A stretch of 64,000 nt of DNA from an uncultured Eubacteriales bacterium (GTDB lineage: Bacteria > Bacillota > Clostridia > Oscillospirales > Acutalibacteraceae): the NCBI GenBank assembly GCA_900314355.1, contig OMUY01000094.1:11428-75427 (forward strand), given 5' to 3'. The notes beneath the pieces are model-generated. The model was not told the origin of the DNA and made no database searches. It worked only from the letters and a program-made list of their open reading frames with translations. Positions 49,429 through 59,598 of this stretch are shown piece after piece; the stretch's first letter is position 1; each line of letters starts with the position of its first letter. Both the position numbers and the translations under genes were made by a program.

Positions 49429-49941
49429 ATGAAAAATAAAAAACTAATAATAATTATTGCTGTTATTGCAGCCGCGATACTCGCCGTTTCGGTGTCGTCC
49501 GCCGCCGTAAAAAAATACACGTCGGCAAAAAACGCGAGAGTTCAGAAAATCGTAAACAGAGTAAATATAGAAGTTGACAAGACTCAATTTACCTACGACG
49601 ATTTGAATGACGGCGACATTATTAACGCCTCCGCAAAAATTTCGATAGAAAAAACAGAACCCGATTTTTACGGAAAGCTCGTATCCATAACAATAGAAGG
49701 CGCCGATTTCACCGAAAAAATTTACGTGTCGAAAAACAAAGACGATTCTCTGCCGCAGAATATCAATTTGCCTTGCGGCGATCCTCTTTCATGGAATATA
49801 TCTTTTTCTGTCCCTTATTCGGAAAATATCGAAAACTCAATATACATTTCTTTTGACTATATTACCGGAATAAACGAACAGACAAAGCAGGAATACATCA
49901 CTAAAATTCCTATTTCGATTATTAATGAAAAATCAGACTGA
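49429..49941 (+). CDS. Membrane-anchored hypothetical protein
   Basis: 170 aa; N-terminal TM LIIIIAVIAAAILAVSVSSAAV; no recognisable motif. Confidence 0.55.
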   Translation: MKNKKLIIIIAVIAAAILAVSVSSAAVKKYTSAKNARVQKIVNRVNIEVDKTQFTYDDLNDGDIINASAKISIEKTEPDFYGKLVSITIEGADFTEKIYVSKNKDDSLPQNINLPCGDPLSWNISFSVPYSENIENSIYISFDYITGINEQTKQEYITKIPISIINEKSD

Positions 49942-50092
49942 TTTTTAATAGATAATTATTTATTATTGACTGATATGCGACTTTACCGCCGCATATTCTT
50001 CTTGAATTTTCGATAATATTTTTGTATAATTATTTATGACGTAATTTAATAAAATATAGCTAATTCGCAGACAAAAAAAGAGGGAAATCTTT

Positions 50093-52048
50093 ATGAAGAC
50101 TTCAAAAAAAATCATCTGTCTTGTTCTCACGTTTCTTATGGCTTTTTCCGTTTGCGTTCCCGCTTTCGCGGCGGACAACGACAACGGAGTAGGCGTTACA
50201 AATGTCAAGACATTTAATGACGTCGCGGATACCGTTTACGATTCCGCGGACTGCCTTGACGCAGACGGCGACCACGGCGAACTTGCCGCGAATATCATTC
50301 TGCCGGGAATAAGCCAGTCGATATCTACTCTCGTCGACGAAAACGGAGATCCCATTCTCGACGGCAGCGGCAAAAAACTTTCCGGCGGACTTCTGATAAT
50401 CGACACGACAGACCTTGCGAAGAAGATAATCAAAAATCTCGCATGGCCTCTTATTTCAACGATACTTACGCAGAAGACAAACAAAAATCTCGCGAGCGGT
50501 CTCGACAAGACTATCAAGGAGCTTTTCTCCGTTCAGGCTATGAACGACGACGGCACGCCCGTAAATAATTTCGCTGTAGACACATACAACTATCCGCTTT
50601 CAAAGTTTGACGCGGACTCATATTCATGGTTTTACAGAATGTTCCCGATGCAGCCTTTAATCAACAAATTAAACGAAGCTTACGGCGTAAACGGCGAGGA
50701 CTACATATATCTTTACACATTCCCGCTTCTTGGCGACCCGATGGCGGCAGGCGCAGGACTTTCAAGCTTTATCGAAATGGTTAAAAAACAGACCGGATGC
50801 AGAAAAGTCAACCTTATCTCAATTTCCATGGGCGGCACCGTCATGACTTCCTACATGGAATACGTCAAAAATCACGGCGGCGATTACTCAAACATTAATA
50901 AGCTTATCAACGTAGTCGCCTGTCTCAACGGAACAGATATCATCGGAGACGTGCTTTCCGGCAATCTGAAGGACGACGACGAATTCTGGTACAACGATTT
51001 CATTCCGGCTGTCTTTGACGAATCGGCGAACGGCAAAAAATACCTCGGCTACATTGTTAATTATCTGATAAGATTTTTGCCTAAGGACACTTATAAATTA
51101 ATCGTAAAAACAGCGATAGAATCGTTAAACGACACGCTTCTCGCAAAAGATCCCCAGCTTTGGGCGCTCTGCCCGTCCGACAGATACGACGAGTGCGCCG
51201 AGAAAAACTTATCCGATCCGTCGCTTGCGGAATTAAAAGCAAAGACCGACGCGTTTCAGCAGGCGAGACTTGATCTGAAAGACAATCTTATCGCCGCGAG
51301 AAATCAGGGAGTAAAAGTATATTCGGCGGCAGGATATGACAGAACTTATTTTGAAGGCGATTACAATTTCTTCGGAAATGTAAAATCATCTGATACGACT
51401 TCGTCCGATTCCGTCATAGACGTCGATTCAACAACTCTCGGAGCGACATACGCTCCGGCCGGAACAGAGCTGTCATCCGATTATATCAATTCTCTTTCGA
51501 CGAAAAAATATTTATCCCCCGACAAAAACGTTGACGCTTCAACTTGCCTTTTCTCCGACACGACATGGTTCTTCAAGGGACAGCATCACGAGGTCGGAAG
51601 AGACGATGTTGTGATCAGACTTCTTGCTAATATAGCGGTCGGCAACATTGATGACGTAAATTCCGATCCGAATTTCCCTCAGTTCAACGGCAACAGAAAT
51701 ACCAAGAGCCTGACTAAACCCGGAATGACTCTTGACAAGGCGAGAGATGTTCTGAGAGACAGTTCAAAATACAACGCGGACGATATAGCTGAAATTCAGA
51801 AATACTATGACGAAGCTTGCGCATTGCTTAAAAACACCGTAATGGCTGACGGCGAAGAGGACAGAGTCAAGGAAATTCAGAAAAACCTTAAAAACGCGCT
51901 TGCGGCAGTCGGCGCCGAAACCGCCGAAAAAGACGACAAGACAACCGAAAAGCTCAACAAATTCTTCTCAAAGCAGAATGACAAAGTGATGAAGAGAGTC
52001 GGAGCTCAGGGATTTTCGGACGTCAAAAAAGGAAAAATAGGCTGCTGA
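50093..52048 (+). CDS. Secreted alpha/beta-hydrolase (lipase/esterase-like), tentative
   Basis: Signal peptide ...AFSVCVPAFAADN. Nucleophile-elbow-like NLISISMGGT (compare AHSMGG of Bacillus LipA). 651 aa. Confidence 0.55.
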   Translation: MKTSKKIICLVLTFLMAFSVCVPAFAADNDNGVGVTNVKTFNDVADTVYDSADCLDADGDHGELAANIILPGISQSISTLVDENGDPILDGSGKKLSGGLLIIDTTDLAKKIIKNLAWPLISTILTQKTNKNLASGLDKTIKELFSVQAMNDDGTPVNNFAVDTYNYPLSKFDADSYSWFYRMFPMQPLINKLNEAYGVNGEDYIYLYTFPLLGDPMAAGAGLSSFIEMVKKQTGCRKVNLISISMGGTVMTSYMEYVKNHGGDYSNINKLINVVACLNGTDIIGDVLSGNLKDDDEFWYNDFIPAVFDESANGKKYLGYIVNYLIRFLPKDTYKLIVKTAIESLNDTLLAKDPQLWALCPSDRYDECAEKNLSDPSLAELKAKTDAFQQARLDLKDNLIAARNQGVKVYSAAGYDRTYFEGDYNFFGNVKSSDTTSSDSVIDVDSTTLGATYAPAGTELSSDYINSLSTKKYLSPDKNVDASTCLFSDTTWFFKGQHHEVGRDDVVIRLLANIAVGNIDDVNSDPNFPQFNGNRNTKSLTKPGMTLDKARDVLRDSSKYNADDIAEIQKYYDEACALLKNTVMADGEEDRVKEIQKNLKNALAAVGAETAEKDDKTTEKLNKFFSKQNDKVMKRVGAQGFSDVKKGKIGC

Positions 52049-52076
52049 TATAAATCGACTGCAGATAAATTGACAA

Positions 52077-52115
52077 TAAAAAACCGCGGACATTAAACTT
52101 GCCCGCGGCTTTTTA
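52077..52115. terminator. Bidirectional terminator between convergent genes
   Basis: ccgcgg (52084-52089) / ccgcgg (52103-52108) stem, flanked by an A7 run and a T5 run. Confidence 0.5.
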
Positions 52116-52165
52116 TGCAAGCCGGATTTTTTACGGCTCGATTTAATATGCTTAAATTTTAGATG

Positions 52166-52810
52166 TCAATTTGAAAATATTATTTCTTCAAGCTCTTTTA
52201 CGTCTGACACTATGAAATCGGCTCCTGCTTTTTCAAATTCGTCTTTTTCGGCAAAGCCCCATTTGACGCCTGCGCATCTTATTCCGGCTTCTTTGGCTCC
52301 CTCAACGTCATATTTTCTGTCGCCCACCATCAAAACTTCGTTTAAATTATCGGCGCGTAATTTTTTTATCGCCCTTTTTATTACGATGGCTTTAGTATCG
52401 AAATCCGATACCGAACCGCATATCGCCGCGAAAAGTGAATCTATATTATATTCCTTCAAAATCTTTTCGCACATTATTTCAGGCTTTGTCGACGTTACGA
52501 CGTTGAATCTGCCGGAATTTTTTATTTTTTTCAACAGGTTCTCTATTCCGCCGTAAATTTCTGTTTCGAAGCAGCCTTTTGTGTTGTAATATTCGCGGTA
52601 TACTTCTATCGCTTTTTCCGCCTCTTCCACGCTCATTCCGAGGTATTCGGAAAACGACAATGTGAGCGGCGGTCCTATAAATTTAGGCATCATTTCTTTC
52701 GGAGGATATTTGATTTTAAGCTTGTCAAACATGTAGTAAAGAGCGTTCCATACGCCTTCGGAAGAATTGACCAAAGTGCCGTCAAAGTCAAAAAATATAT
52801 ATTTAAACAT
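52166..52810 (-). CDS. HAD-superfamily hydrolase (phosphoglycolate phosphatase-like)
   Basis: YIFFDFDGTLVNS motif I, VVTSTKP motif II, MVGDRKYD motif IV. Confidence 0.85.
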   Translation of the reverse strand: MFKYIFFDFDGTLVNSSEGVWNALYYMFDKLKIKYPPKEMMPKFIGPPLTLSFSEYLGMSVEEAEKAIEVYREYYNTKGCFETEIYGGIENLLKKIKNSGRFNVVTSTKPEIMCEKILKEYNIDSLFAAICGSVSDFDTKAIVIKRAIKKLRADNLNEVLMVGDRKYDVEGAKEAGIRCAGVKWGFAEKDEFEKAGADFIVSDVKELEEIIFSN

Positions 52811-52839
52811 TTTTCACCTGTTTATACTAACTATTATTT

Positions 52840-52877
52840 TCAAAAATTATCCCCGGATAATTTTTAAAAATCCGGGG
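52840..52877 (-). terminator. Hairpin after oadB (possible terminator/attenuator before HAD gene)
   Basis: ccccggat (52851-52858) / atccgggg (52870-52877), followed on the minus strand by ataattttt. Confidence 0.45.
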
Positions 52878-52896
52878 TGAAATTTAATTTATCAAA

Positions 52897-54096
52897 TCAG
52901 CCGAAAAGCGAAAGCAGGAATCCTGCGGCAACTGCGGAACCGATAACGCCTGCGACGTTTGGTCCCATAGCGTGCATAAGAAGGAAATTTGTCGGGTCAT
53001 ACTGAGAACCGACTTTCTGAGAAACTCTCGCAGCCATGGGAACTGCTGAAACTCCGGCGGAACCGATAAGAGGATTGATTTTTCCTTTTGTCAGAGCGTA
53101 GAGAAGTTTTCCGAAAAGGACGCCGCCGACTGTTGAGAATATGAAAGCGACAAGACCCAAGATGACTATCTCGATAGTTTTGACTGTGAGGAAATCCTTG
53201 CCGTTTGCAGTCGCGCCGACGCATAAGCCGAGCATTATTGTTACGATATTCGTAAGGGCGTTCTGCGCAGTGTCCGAAAGTCTGTCGGTAACTCCGCACT
53301 CTTTAAACAGGTTGCCGAGCATAAGCATACCCAAAAGCGGAATTACGTCGGGTAAAATCAGAGCGGAAACGACGAGAACGAAAATCGGGAAGATGATTTT
53401 CTCGGTTTTGGAAACCTTCTTAAGCTGAGTCATCTTTACTTTTCTTTCTTTTTCGGTCGTAAGCGCCTTCATGATAGGAGGCTGAATAATCGGGATGAGA
53501 GCCATATACGAATAAGCCGCAAGCGCTATTGGAGCCAAGAGATTGGGCGCAAGCATTGTTGTAACGAAAATGGACGTAGGTCCGTCCGCTCCGCCGATAA
53601 TGCCAATAGAAGCTGCTTCGGGTCCCGTAAATCCGAAAGCTATCGCAAGAAGAAACGCTATGTAAATTCCGAGCTGAGCCGCTGATCCGAGCAGAAGAGA
53701 AACAGGGTTTGAAAGAAGCGGTCCGAAATCGGTCATCGCGCCTATTCCGAGGAATATAAGACAAGGGAAAATACTTGACTTGACGCCAGTATACAGTAGT
53801 CTCAACACACCCGACTCATACCAATGCGCTCCGGCGGCCTCCGCAGCGGCGGTAGACACCGTAGTGTCTGTAAGTCCCACGGTATCGGTCATTATCTGAG
53901 AACCGGGAAGGTTCGCGAGAAGTATTCCGAACGCTATGGGTACGAGAAGAAGGGGCTCGAATTTCTTTTTTATCGCCAAGTAGAGAAATACAAACGAAAC
54001 CAAAATCATTATGAGATTCTTCCAGCCGTCTGCTCCGAACAGAGCATAAAGACCCGACGACTCCCATAAATTTAACAGAACTTCACCAATGTTCAT
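52897..54096 (-). CDS. oadB: Sodium ion-translocating decarboxylase, beta subunit
   Basis: 399-aa polytopic protein. GIIGGADGPTSIF and MGPNVAGVIGSAVAAG are typical of OadB/GcdB/MmdB. AGGAGG SD. Confidence 0.9.
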   Translation of the reverse strand: MNIGEVLLNLWESSGLYALFGADGWKNLIMILVSFVFLYLAIKKKFEPLLLVPIAFGILLANLPGSQIMTDTVGLTDTTVSTAAAEAAGAHWYESGVLRLLYTGVKSSIFPCLIFLGIGAMTDFGPLLSNPVSLLLGSAAQLGIYIAFLLAIAFGFTGPEAASIGIIGGADGPTSIFVTTMLAPNLLAPIALAAYSYMALIPIIQPPIMKALTTEKERKVKMTQLKKVSKTEKIIFPIFVLVVSALILPDVIPLLGMLMLGNLFKECGVTDRLSDTAQNALTNIVTIMLGLCVGATANGKDFLTVKTIEIVILGLVAFIFSTVGGVLFGKLLYALTKGKINPLIGSAGVSAVPMAARVSQKVGSQYDPTNFLLMHAMGPNVAGVIGSAVAAGFLLSLFG

Positions 54097-54110
54097 TTAA
54101 TTTCCTCCTG

Positions 54111-54509
54111 TCAGATAACAGCGAGGACAGTGTCCGTATCGACAGACATCCCCTTTGAGGCAATAATCTGTTTGACAGTACCGTCTTCAGGCGCTACAAT
54201 GTCGTTTTCCATTTTCATCGCCTCAAGAATGAACATTACCTGTCCTCTCTTTACACTGTCGCCTGTCTTGACCTTTACCTCAAGAATGGAGCCGGGCATG
54301 GGAGAAACGACTTTAATTCCGGCAGCAGTCTGAGCAGACGGAGCCGGAGCTTTAGAAGCGGCTGGAGCAGCGGCCGGAGCAGCGGCCGGAGCCGGCGCCG
54401 GAGAAGGCGTCTGAACAGGCTGCGCGTCTGTCACGGATTTTATGACCGCGTCAGTCTTGTTGACCTCTACCTCGTAATTTTTGCCTTTTAAATTTACTAT
54501 GTATTTCAT
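54111..54509 (-). CDS. Biotin carboxyl carrier subunit of the decarboxylase
   Basis: Ala/Pro-rich linker and biotinylation motif LEAMKMEN; 132 aa. Confidence 0.9.
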   Translation of the reverse strand: MKYIVNLKGKNYEVEVNKTDAVIKSVTDAQPVQTPSPAPAPAAAPAAAPAASKAPAPSAQTAAGIKVVSPMPGSILEVKVKTGDSVKRGQVMFILEAMKMENDIVAPEDGTVKQIIASKGMSVDTDTVLAVI

Positions 54510-54920
54510 TTACTTGTCCTCCAATAATCTGATGGACTTGAACTCAAGTCTGTTAAGCGGTATTCCGCTTCTGTCGGCAACAATGGCCATTATTACGGCG
54601 GCTGTCTCGTCGTCAACATTGACAAGACTAAGTTCGCCCTCCGACTCGGTATCGGGAAGAGGAGTTCCCTCTTTTTTTATTGAGACATGTTCGGCAGGAG
54701 CCGAGGCCTCCGATTCCTTTTTATCGGTTTCGGCGGCATTTTTCTTCGCCTTTTTCGCGACAAATATTTTATCCACAATCTTTATAAATATCGCAAGTAT
54801 GGCGAGAGCGAGGAAAACCACAAGAAATCCGACAAGGGAAAATTTAAGTCCCTGGATAAGTTTTTCTCCCTTTGTGGAAAACTGCTGGAGCACGTCTGTT
54901 ACAAGAAACAAATGATTCAT
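54510..54920 (-). CDS. oadG: OadG-family decarboxylase gamma subunit
   Basis: Single TM GLKFSLVGFLVVFLALAILAIFIKIV. The stop abuts the next start. AGGTGA SD. Confidence 0.75.
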   Translation of the reverse strand: MNHLFLVTDVLQQFSTKGEKLIQGLKFSLVGFLVVFLALAILAIFIKIVDKIFVAKKAKKNAAETDKKESEASAPAEHVSIKKEGTPLPDTESEGELSLVNVDDETAAVIMAIVADRSGIPLNRLEFKSIRLLEDK

Positions 54921-54962
54921 TTCTTCACCTAAATTTAATCCTTATTATAATCACGAAAAAAA

Positions 54963-56336
54963 TCAGACTTTTTCTATCTTGTAAGTATAAGTTCTGTTCT
55001 TTTCTTCTTCGCGCTTCTTGTAGTATGTCTCCGCCTGCTGAGGATAGCAGATTCTTGAAAGTATCTCTTCATCTGTGGCGTCGGGATATTTTTCTTTAAC
55101 TTCTGGAAGTCCCGGCTTTAACGTATCGGCGAATCTGCATGTAATCGGTTTTTCGTCGCCGAGAACTTTTTTCTGAAGGTCGGCATTGACCGTTCCGGGC
55201 GCTTTGCCGTATTCGCCTTTGAGATAAGCTTTGACCTCGTTTGAAACAGTCTTGTATCTCTCGCCGGACATTACGTTCAGCATAGCCTGCGCGCCTACCA
55301 TCTGCGACATTGGAGTTACAAGCGGAGGATAGCCGAGATCGGCCCTTACTTTGGGGGTTTCAGTCAGCACCTCGTCAAGTTTGTCAAGCTTTTTCATATC
55401 GGTGAGCTGCTTTATAAGGTTTGAAAGCATTCCGCCGGGTATCTGATAATTAAGAGCGTCGGTATCTGTGCTCATTGAAATCGGGTTTTCAAGTCCGGAC
55501 TTGAGACATTCGTTTCTGTAAGGCTTGAATATTGAATTTACTTTGTTTACCTTTTCAATATCAAGTCCCGTATCGTAGCCGTACTGTTCGAATACGTATC
55601 TCATAGTCTCAGTGGCAGGCTGGCTCGTTCCTGTTGAGAAGCATGAAACGGCAGTATCAACTACGTCGGCGCCCGCCTCTACCGCTTTGAGCAGAGTCAT
55701 ATATCCGAGACCTGTAGTCGAATGAGTATGAACTATTACAGGAAGCTTTACGTTTTCTTTTATAGCCTTTACAAGCTCGTAAGCCTCTTTCGGGCTCATA
55801 ATGCCTGCCATATCCTTAATGCAAATTGTCTGAACGCCCATGTTTTCAAGCTCTTTGGCGATTTTTACAAACTGGTCAAGAGTATGCACCGGGCTTGTCG
55901 TATAGCATATCGTGCCGGACGCCGTCGCGCCGTTTTTGACAGTCTCGTCTACAGCGACCTGAATATTTCTAAGGTCGTTCAATGCGTCGAAAATTCTGAT
56001 TATATCTATTCCGTTTTCAACGCTCTTTTTTACAAACAGTCTCACTACGTCGTCGGGATAATGCTTGTATCCCAGAAGATTCTGTCCTCTTAAAAGCATC
56101 TGCAGCTTTGAGTTTGGGCATGCTTTTCTTATTTTTCTGAGCCTCTCCCAAGGATCTTCGTCGAGATATCTGAGACAGGAGTCAAACGTGGCGCCTCCCC
56201 AGCACTCGAGAGAATAATATCCGGCCGAATCAAGCGTGGAAAGCGCCGGCTCGAATACTTCGAAAGGCATTCTCGTGGCGATGAGCGACTGCTGCGCGTC
56301 GCGGAGAACCGTCTCTGTAAACTGTACCTTTTTCAT
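54963..56336 (-). CDS. oadA: Oxaloacetate decarboxylase alpha subunit (carboxyltransferase 5S domain, no fused biotin domain)
   Basis: FTETVLRDAQQSL, ICIKDMAGI, VHTHSTTG and the PYC_OADA C-terminal region; 457 aa. Confidence 0.9.
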   Translation of the reverse strand: MKKVQFTETVLRDAQQSLIATRMPFEVFEPALSTLDSAGYYSLECWGGATFDSCLRYLDEDPWERLRKIRKACPNSKLQMLLRGQNLLGYKHYPDDVVRLFVKKSVENGIDIIRIFDALNDLRNIQVAVDETVKNGATASGTICYTTSPVHTLDQFVKIAKELENMGVQTICIKDMAGIMSPKEAYELVKAIKENVKLPVIVHTHSTTGLGYMTLLKAVEAGADVVDTAVSCFSTGTSQPATETMRYVFEQYGYDTGLDIEKVNKVNSIFKPYRNECLKSGLENPISMSTDTDALNYQIPGGMLSNLIKQLTDMKKLDKLDEVLTETPKVRADLGYPPLVTPMSQMVGAQAMLNVMSGERYKTVSNEVKAYLKGEYGKAPGTVNADLQKKVLGDEKPITCRFADTLKPGLPEVKEKYPDATDEEILSRICYPQQAETYYKKREEEKNRTYTYKIEKV

Positions 56337-56736
56337 CTTTTCCCTCCGTAAATTACAGACTTTAATTCAAATATCGAAATAGGTTAAAATTAAGTAAACC
56401 CGGCTGATTTCTCTTTAAATTCATACGACACGAACTTTTTGTCCGAAATTGTATTTAACTTATTTCAAAACCTAAGCCATTGTATATTATATTCAAATAC
56501 CCTGATATTTTCAAGATAAAAATAAAAGATTGTGCGATTACGCAGTAATTTCAAGTTTCAAAGAAGAAATTTCAGCACAATGTCTATCCGAAAAAATCTG
56601 CGCCGTTCGGATTTTCGCGATAAAAATATTATCTTGTAATTGATTAACCGCAGAAAAATATTTTTTAGCGGTTTGAAATTCTTGTTTCAAATTAAGATGT
56701 TAATATTTTATTAATAAATACACAATAACAGCGCGG

Positions 56737-56766
56737 TTGAAATGAATACGCAACTTATGATATAAT
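56737..56766 (+). promoter_or_regulatory. Candidate extended -10 promoter for the GH3-family gene
   Basis: TTGAAA (56737-56742), 18 nt ending in TGa, TATAAT (56761-56766). Confidence 0.5.
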
Positions 56767-56841
56767 AATCGAAATAATTTTAAGTTATATTTACTTAAAA
56801 AAACATAACCTGATAATTTTTTAAAGAGGAGAGACAACAAA

Positions 56842-58515
56842 TTGGCAGTATCCGATCTCGGAGTAATATGCGGCAGGCTCGTATATCATTTTTTCAATAA
56901 GTTCACTTCAAAGCCTATGGAAACGCAGAGAAAAATTCTCGGCGTATTGATGAAGAAAAACAAGAACACCGAATACGGCAAAAAATACCATTTCGATGAA
57001 ATTCACACGCTCGAAGAATTTCAGGACAAAGTTCCGCTCACAACATTTGAAGATTACTCCGACTATATAGACAGAATGATAAATAACGGCGAGAAAAATC
57101 TTATCACCGCCTATAAAGTGAAAAGATACGCATCGTCGTCCGGAAGTGTCGGAAAACCGAAACAACTGCCGAAATCATCAAAGGATCTTATGAATATGCA
57201 GGAGATGGGCTTCTGCGCGCCGATGGGTCTCGCGTGGCAGTATTATCACGACAGAGGCGAAAAGCTCGGAAAACTCAAAGGACCGCTTGTCCTTGTTCTG
57301 TCGGGTTCAAAGCTTTCAAACGGGATGAAATCGAACGGCGCCGCGCAGATACCTCTTCAGTATATAAAACCGCTGACCCCGTTATTTACATGTACTCCCG
57401 TAGAGGTAATGTACCCCGAACATCCGGAGGAGATGAACATAGTCTACCTTCAGCTTAGGTATGCTCTGCCGGACGAAAACGTGACATATATAGGCTCAGG
57501 CGTTATAACTTTACTGACGTCGATGTTTGAATACCTCGAAGACAACTGGCGCATGATAGTTGACGACATCGAAAAGGGAACTATCGATCCGTCTGTCAAA
57601 ATGCCGGAAAAATTAAGAAAGAAATACGAGAAAAGATTAAAGCCCAATCCCGAAAGAGCAGCTTTCCTCAGAAAAGAATTTGAAAAAGGATTTGACACGC
57701 CTATTTGCCCGAGGATTTGGCCGAAACTCAAATGGTGCTACGGAATGGCAGGCTCCAACCTCATCATTTACGCGGAGAAAAACCGCCGCTGGATAGGCGA
57801 TATACCTATGCACAACATGGGCTACGGCGCGGCTGAAGGATTTTTCGCGATGCCGGTCAAAATGAACGCGAGGGATTATTGTCTTTTGCCCCGGTCTATA
57901 ATTTTTGAATTTATTCCGGTCGACGCCCCGGAGGGAACGAGACCTGTATTTATGGATAAAATAAAGCAGGGTGAAGAATACGAGATGATAGTCACCAATT
58001 TCTCGGGACTTTACCGCTACAGGCTTTACGACGTCGTAAAAGTCACAGGCATGCACAACAACACTCCGATGGTCGAATTTTCCTACAGAAAAAACCTCGG
58101 AATGAATATAGCGAACGAGAAAATGACAGTCAGGATGCTCGACTGGGCGGTAAAAGAACTTGAAAGAGATTCCGGCATTGAATTTGTCGGCCACAGTTTT
58201 TACGGAGAATATGATTCCAACCCGTCGCACTACGTTCTTTTGGCTGAACCCAAGAACGGGATTTCCGACGAGCAGAAGAAAAAATGCGAGGACATACTTG
58301 ACGAAAAGCTGTCGGAGACAAACGAAAAATATCTCAAGTACAGAAAATGGAACACTCTCGGCAGACCCGTACTGAAAATACTTAAAAAGGGAACATACGA
58401 ATCGTACAATGAAATGCTTGTCGGTCAGGGCAAGGTTTTGAACCAGATAAAACCCGTCACAATAATCAACAATAAAGAAAGAAAAGATTTCTTTTTCTCA
58501 CACGTCGATAAATGA
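56842..58515 (+). CDS. GH3 (auxin-responsive promoter) family acyl-adenylate-forming enzyme
   Basis: TTG start 8 nt after AGAGGAGAG. YASSSGSVGKPKQLP (ANL/GH3 P-loop-like), YRYRLYDVVKVTG. Confidence 0.75.
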   Translation: MAVSDLGVICGRLVYHFFNKFTSKPMETQRKILGVLMKKNKNTEYGKKYHFDEIHTLEEFQDKVPLTTFEDYSDYIDRMINNGEKNLITAYKVKRYASSSGSVGKPKQLPKSSKDLMNMQEMGFCAPMGLAWQYYHDRGEKLGKLKGPLVLVLSGSKLSNGMKSNGAAQIPLQYIKPLTPLFTCTPVEVMYPEHPEEMNIVYLQLRYALPDENVTYIGSGVITLLTSMFEYLEDNWRMIVDDIEKGTIDPSVKMPEKLRKKYEKRLKPNPERAAFLRKEFEKGFDTPICPRIWPKLKWCYGMAGSNLIIYAEKNRRWIGDIPMHNMGYGAAEGFFAMPVKMNARDYCLLPRSIIFEFIPVDAPEGTRPVFMDKIKQGEEYEMIVTNFSGLYRYRLYDVVKVTGMHNNTPMVEFSYRKNLGMNIANEKMTVRMLDWAVKELERDSGIEFVGHSFYGEYDSNPSHYVLLAEPKNGISDEQKKKCEDILDEKLSETNEKYLKYRKWNTLGRPVLKILKKGTYESYNEMLVGQGKVLNQIKPVTIINNKERKDFFFSHVDK

Positions 58516-58526
58516 AAATAAAAAAA

Positions 58527-58561
58527 GCGGCTTTAAAAGTTTTATTTAAAGCCGTTTTTTC
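58527..58561 (+). terminator. Terminator of GH3-family gene
   Basis: 10-bp stem cggctttaaa (58528-58537) / tttaaagccg (58545-58554), then tttttt. Confidence 0.7.
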
Positions 58562-58645
58562 ACACCGCGGTGATTTTAAACTATCGTTAAGAAAAAAATT
58601 TATTATCTAAATCAACAACAAGTTTTTCGGGAGTTAAATTCAGAT

Positions 58646-58975
58646 ATGGATAAAAAAAAGAAAAAATATTTATACTGTTCAAACTGCCGCTGTCTGACCG
58701 ACTGCCAGGTATGTCCGGAATGCGGCAATGAAAATCTTACGGAGCCGAACGAGACAGACGACATCTTTTTGGCGGAATGCGACCCGATGAATTCCGATGC
58801 TCTGAGCGCCCTGTTAAAAGGGAGAAATATCCCGTTTAAAGCGGAAGACGCCGGTTCTTCTGAAGCGGAGGATCAGGGAAGCGCCGTCAGATTGTGTTTG
58901 AAAAAATTTTATGTTCCGTTAAAAAGTTATGACGACGCGAAAAACGTTCTGTTTTTTCTGACCGGAAAAAACTGA
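58646..58975 (+). CDS. Small zinc-ribbon protein (possibly DUF2007-like C-terminus)
   Basis: CSNCRCLTDCQVCPECG N-terminal Cys4 ribbon; 109 aa. Confidence 0.5.
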   Translation: MDKKKKKYLYCSNCRCLTDCQVCPECGNENLTEPNETDDIFLAECDPMNSDALSALLKGRNIPFKAEDAGSSEAEDQGSAVRLCLKKFYVPLKSYDDAKNVLFFLTGKN

Positions 58976-59068
58976 TTTTATCTCAATAAAAACAGCAGAA
59001 CAAAAAATTATTATTTCCTCAAGACGGATTTCCGGCAAAGAAAAGAAAAAATATATTTAATTTCTTAT

Positions 59069-59097
59069 TTGAAAATTTTAATATCATGTAGTATGAT
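59069..59097 (+). promoter_or_regulatory. Candidate sigma-A promoter upstream of DUF523 gene (and possibly rnpB)
   Basis: TTGAAA (59069-59074), 17 nt, TATGAT (59092-59097). Confidence 0.5.
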
Positions 59098-59124
59098 AAA
59101 ATAAATAATCAAAAATTTGACAGA

Positions 59125-59565
59125 ATGGAGTCGGGGAATTTGGCGGTAATAATTGTCAGCGCGTGTCTTGTGGGTCTCAACTGCAGATATAAAGGCGATT
59201 CATGTTTAAACGAGCAGGTTATGAAACTCAAAGCCAACAACATTCTGATTCCCGTCTGCCCAGAACAGCTCGGCGGTCTTCCGACTCCGAGAAATCCTTC
59301 GGAAAGAGTCGGCGACAAAGTTTTGATGAATGACGGAACGGACGTCACCGCCGAATACACAAAAGGAGCGGAGATGGCTCTGAAAATAGCGAAAATCACA
59401 GATGCGGATTTCGCCGTTTTAAAAGAGAACAGTCCGTCCTGCGGCAGCGGAATTATATATGACGGTTCGTTTACAGGATGCAAAATAAACGGCTACGGCG
59501 TAACGGCCGAGCTGTTTAAGAAAAACGGAATAAGAATATTTACCGAAAGCGATCTCGAGGAATAA
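59125..59565 (+). CDS. DUF523 family protein (TudS-like 2-thiouracil desulfurase family)
   Basis: VSACLVGLNCRYKGDS...PVCPEQLGGLPTPR...SPSCGSG conserved Cys pattern; 146 aa. Confidence 0.8.
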   Translation: MESGNLAVIIVSACLVGLNCRYKGDSCLNEQVMKLKANNILIPVCPEQLGGLPTPRNPSERVGDKVLMNDGTDVTAEYTKGAEMALKIAKITDADFAVLKENSPSCGSGIIYDGSFTGCKINGYGVTAELFKKNGIRIFTESDLEE

Positions 59566-59598
59566 TTCAGGAAAATAAAATAATCAATAATAAAAGAT

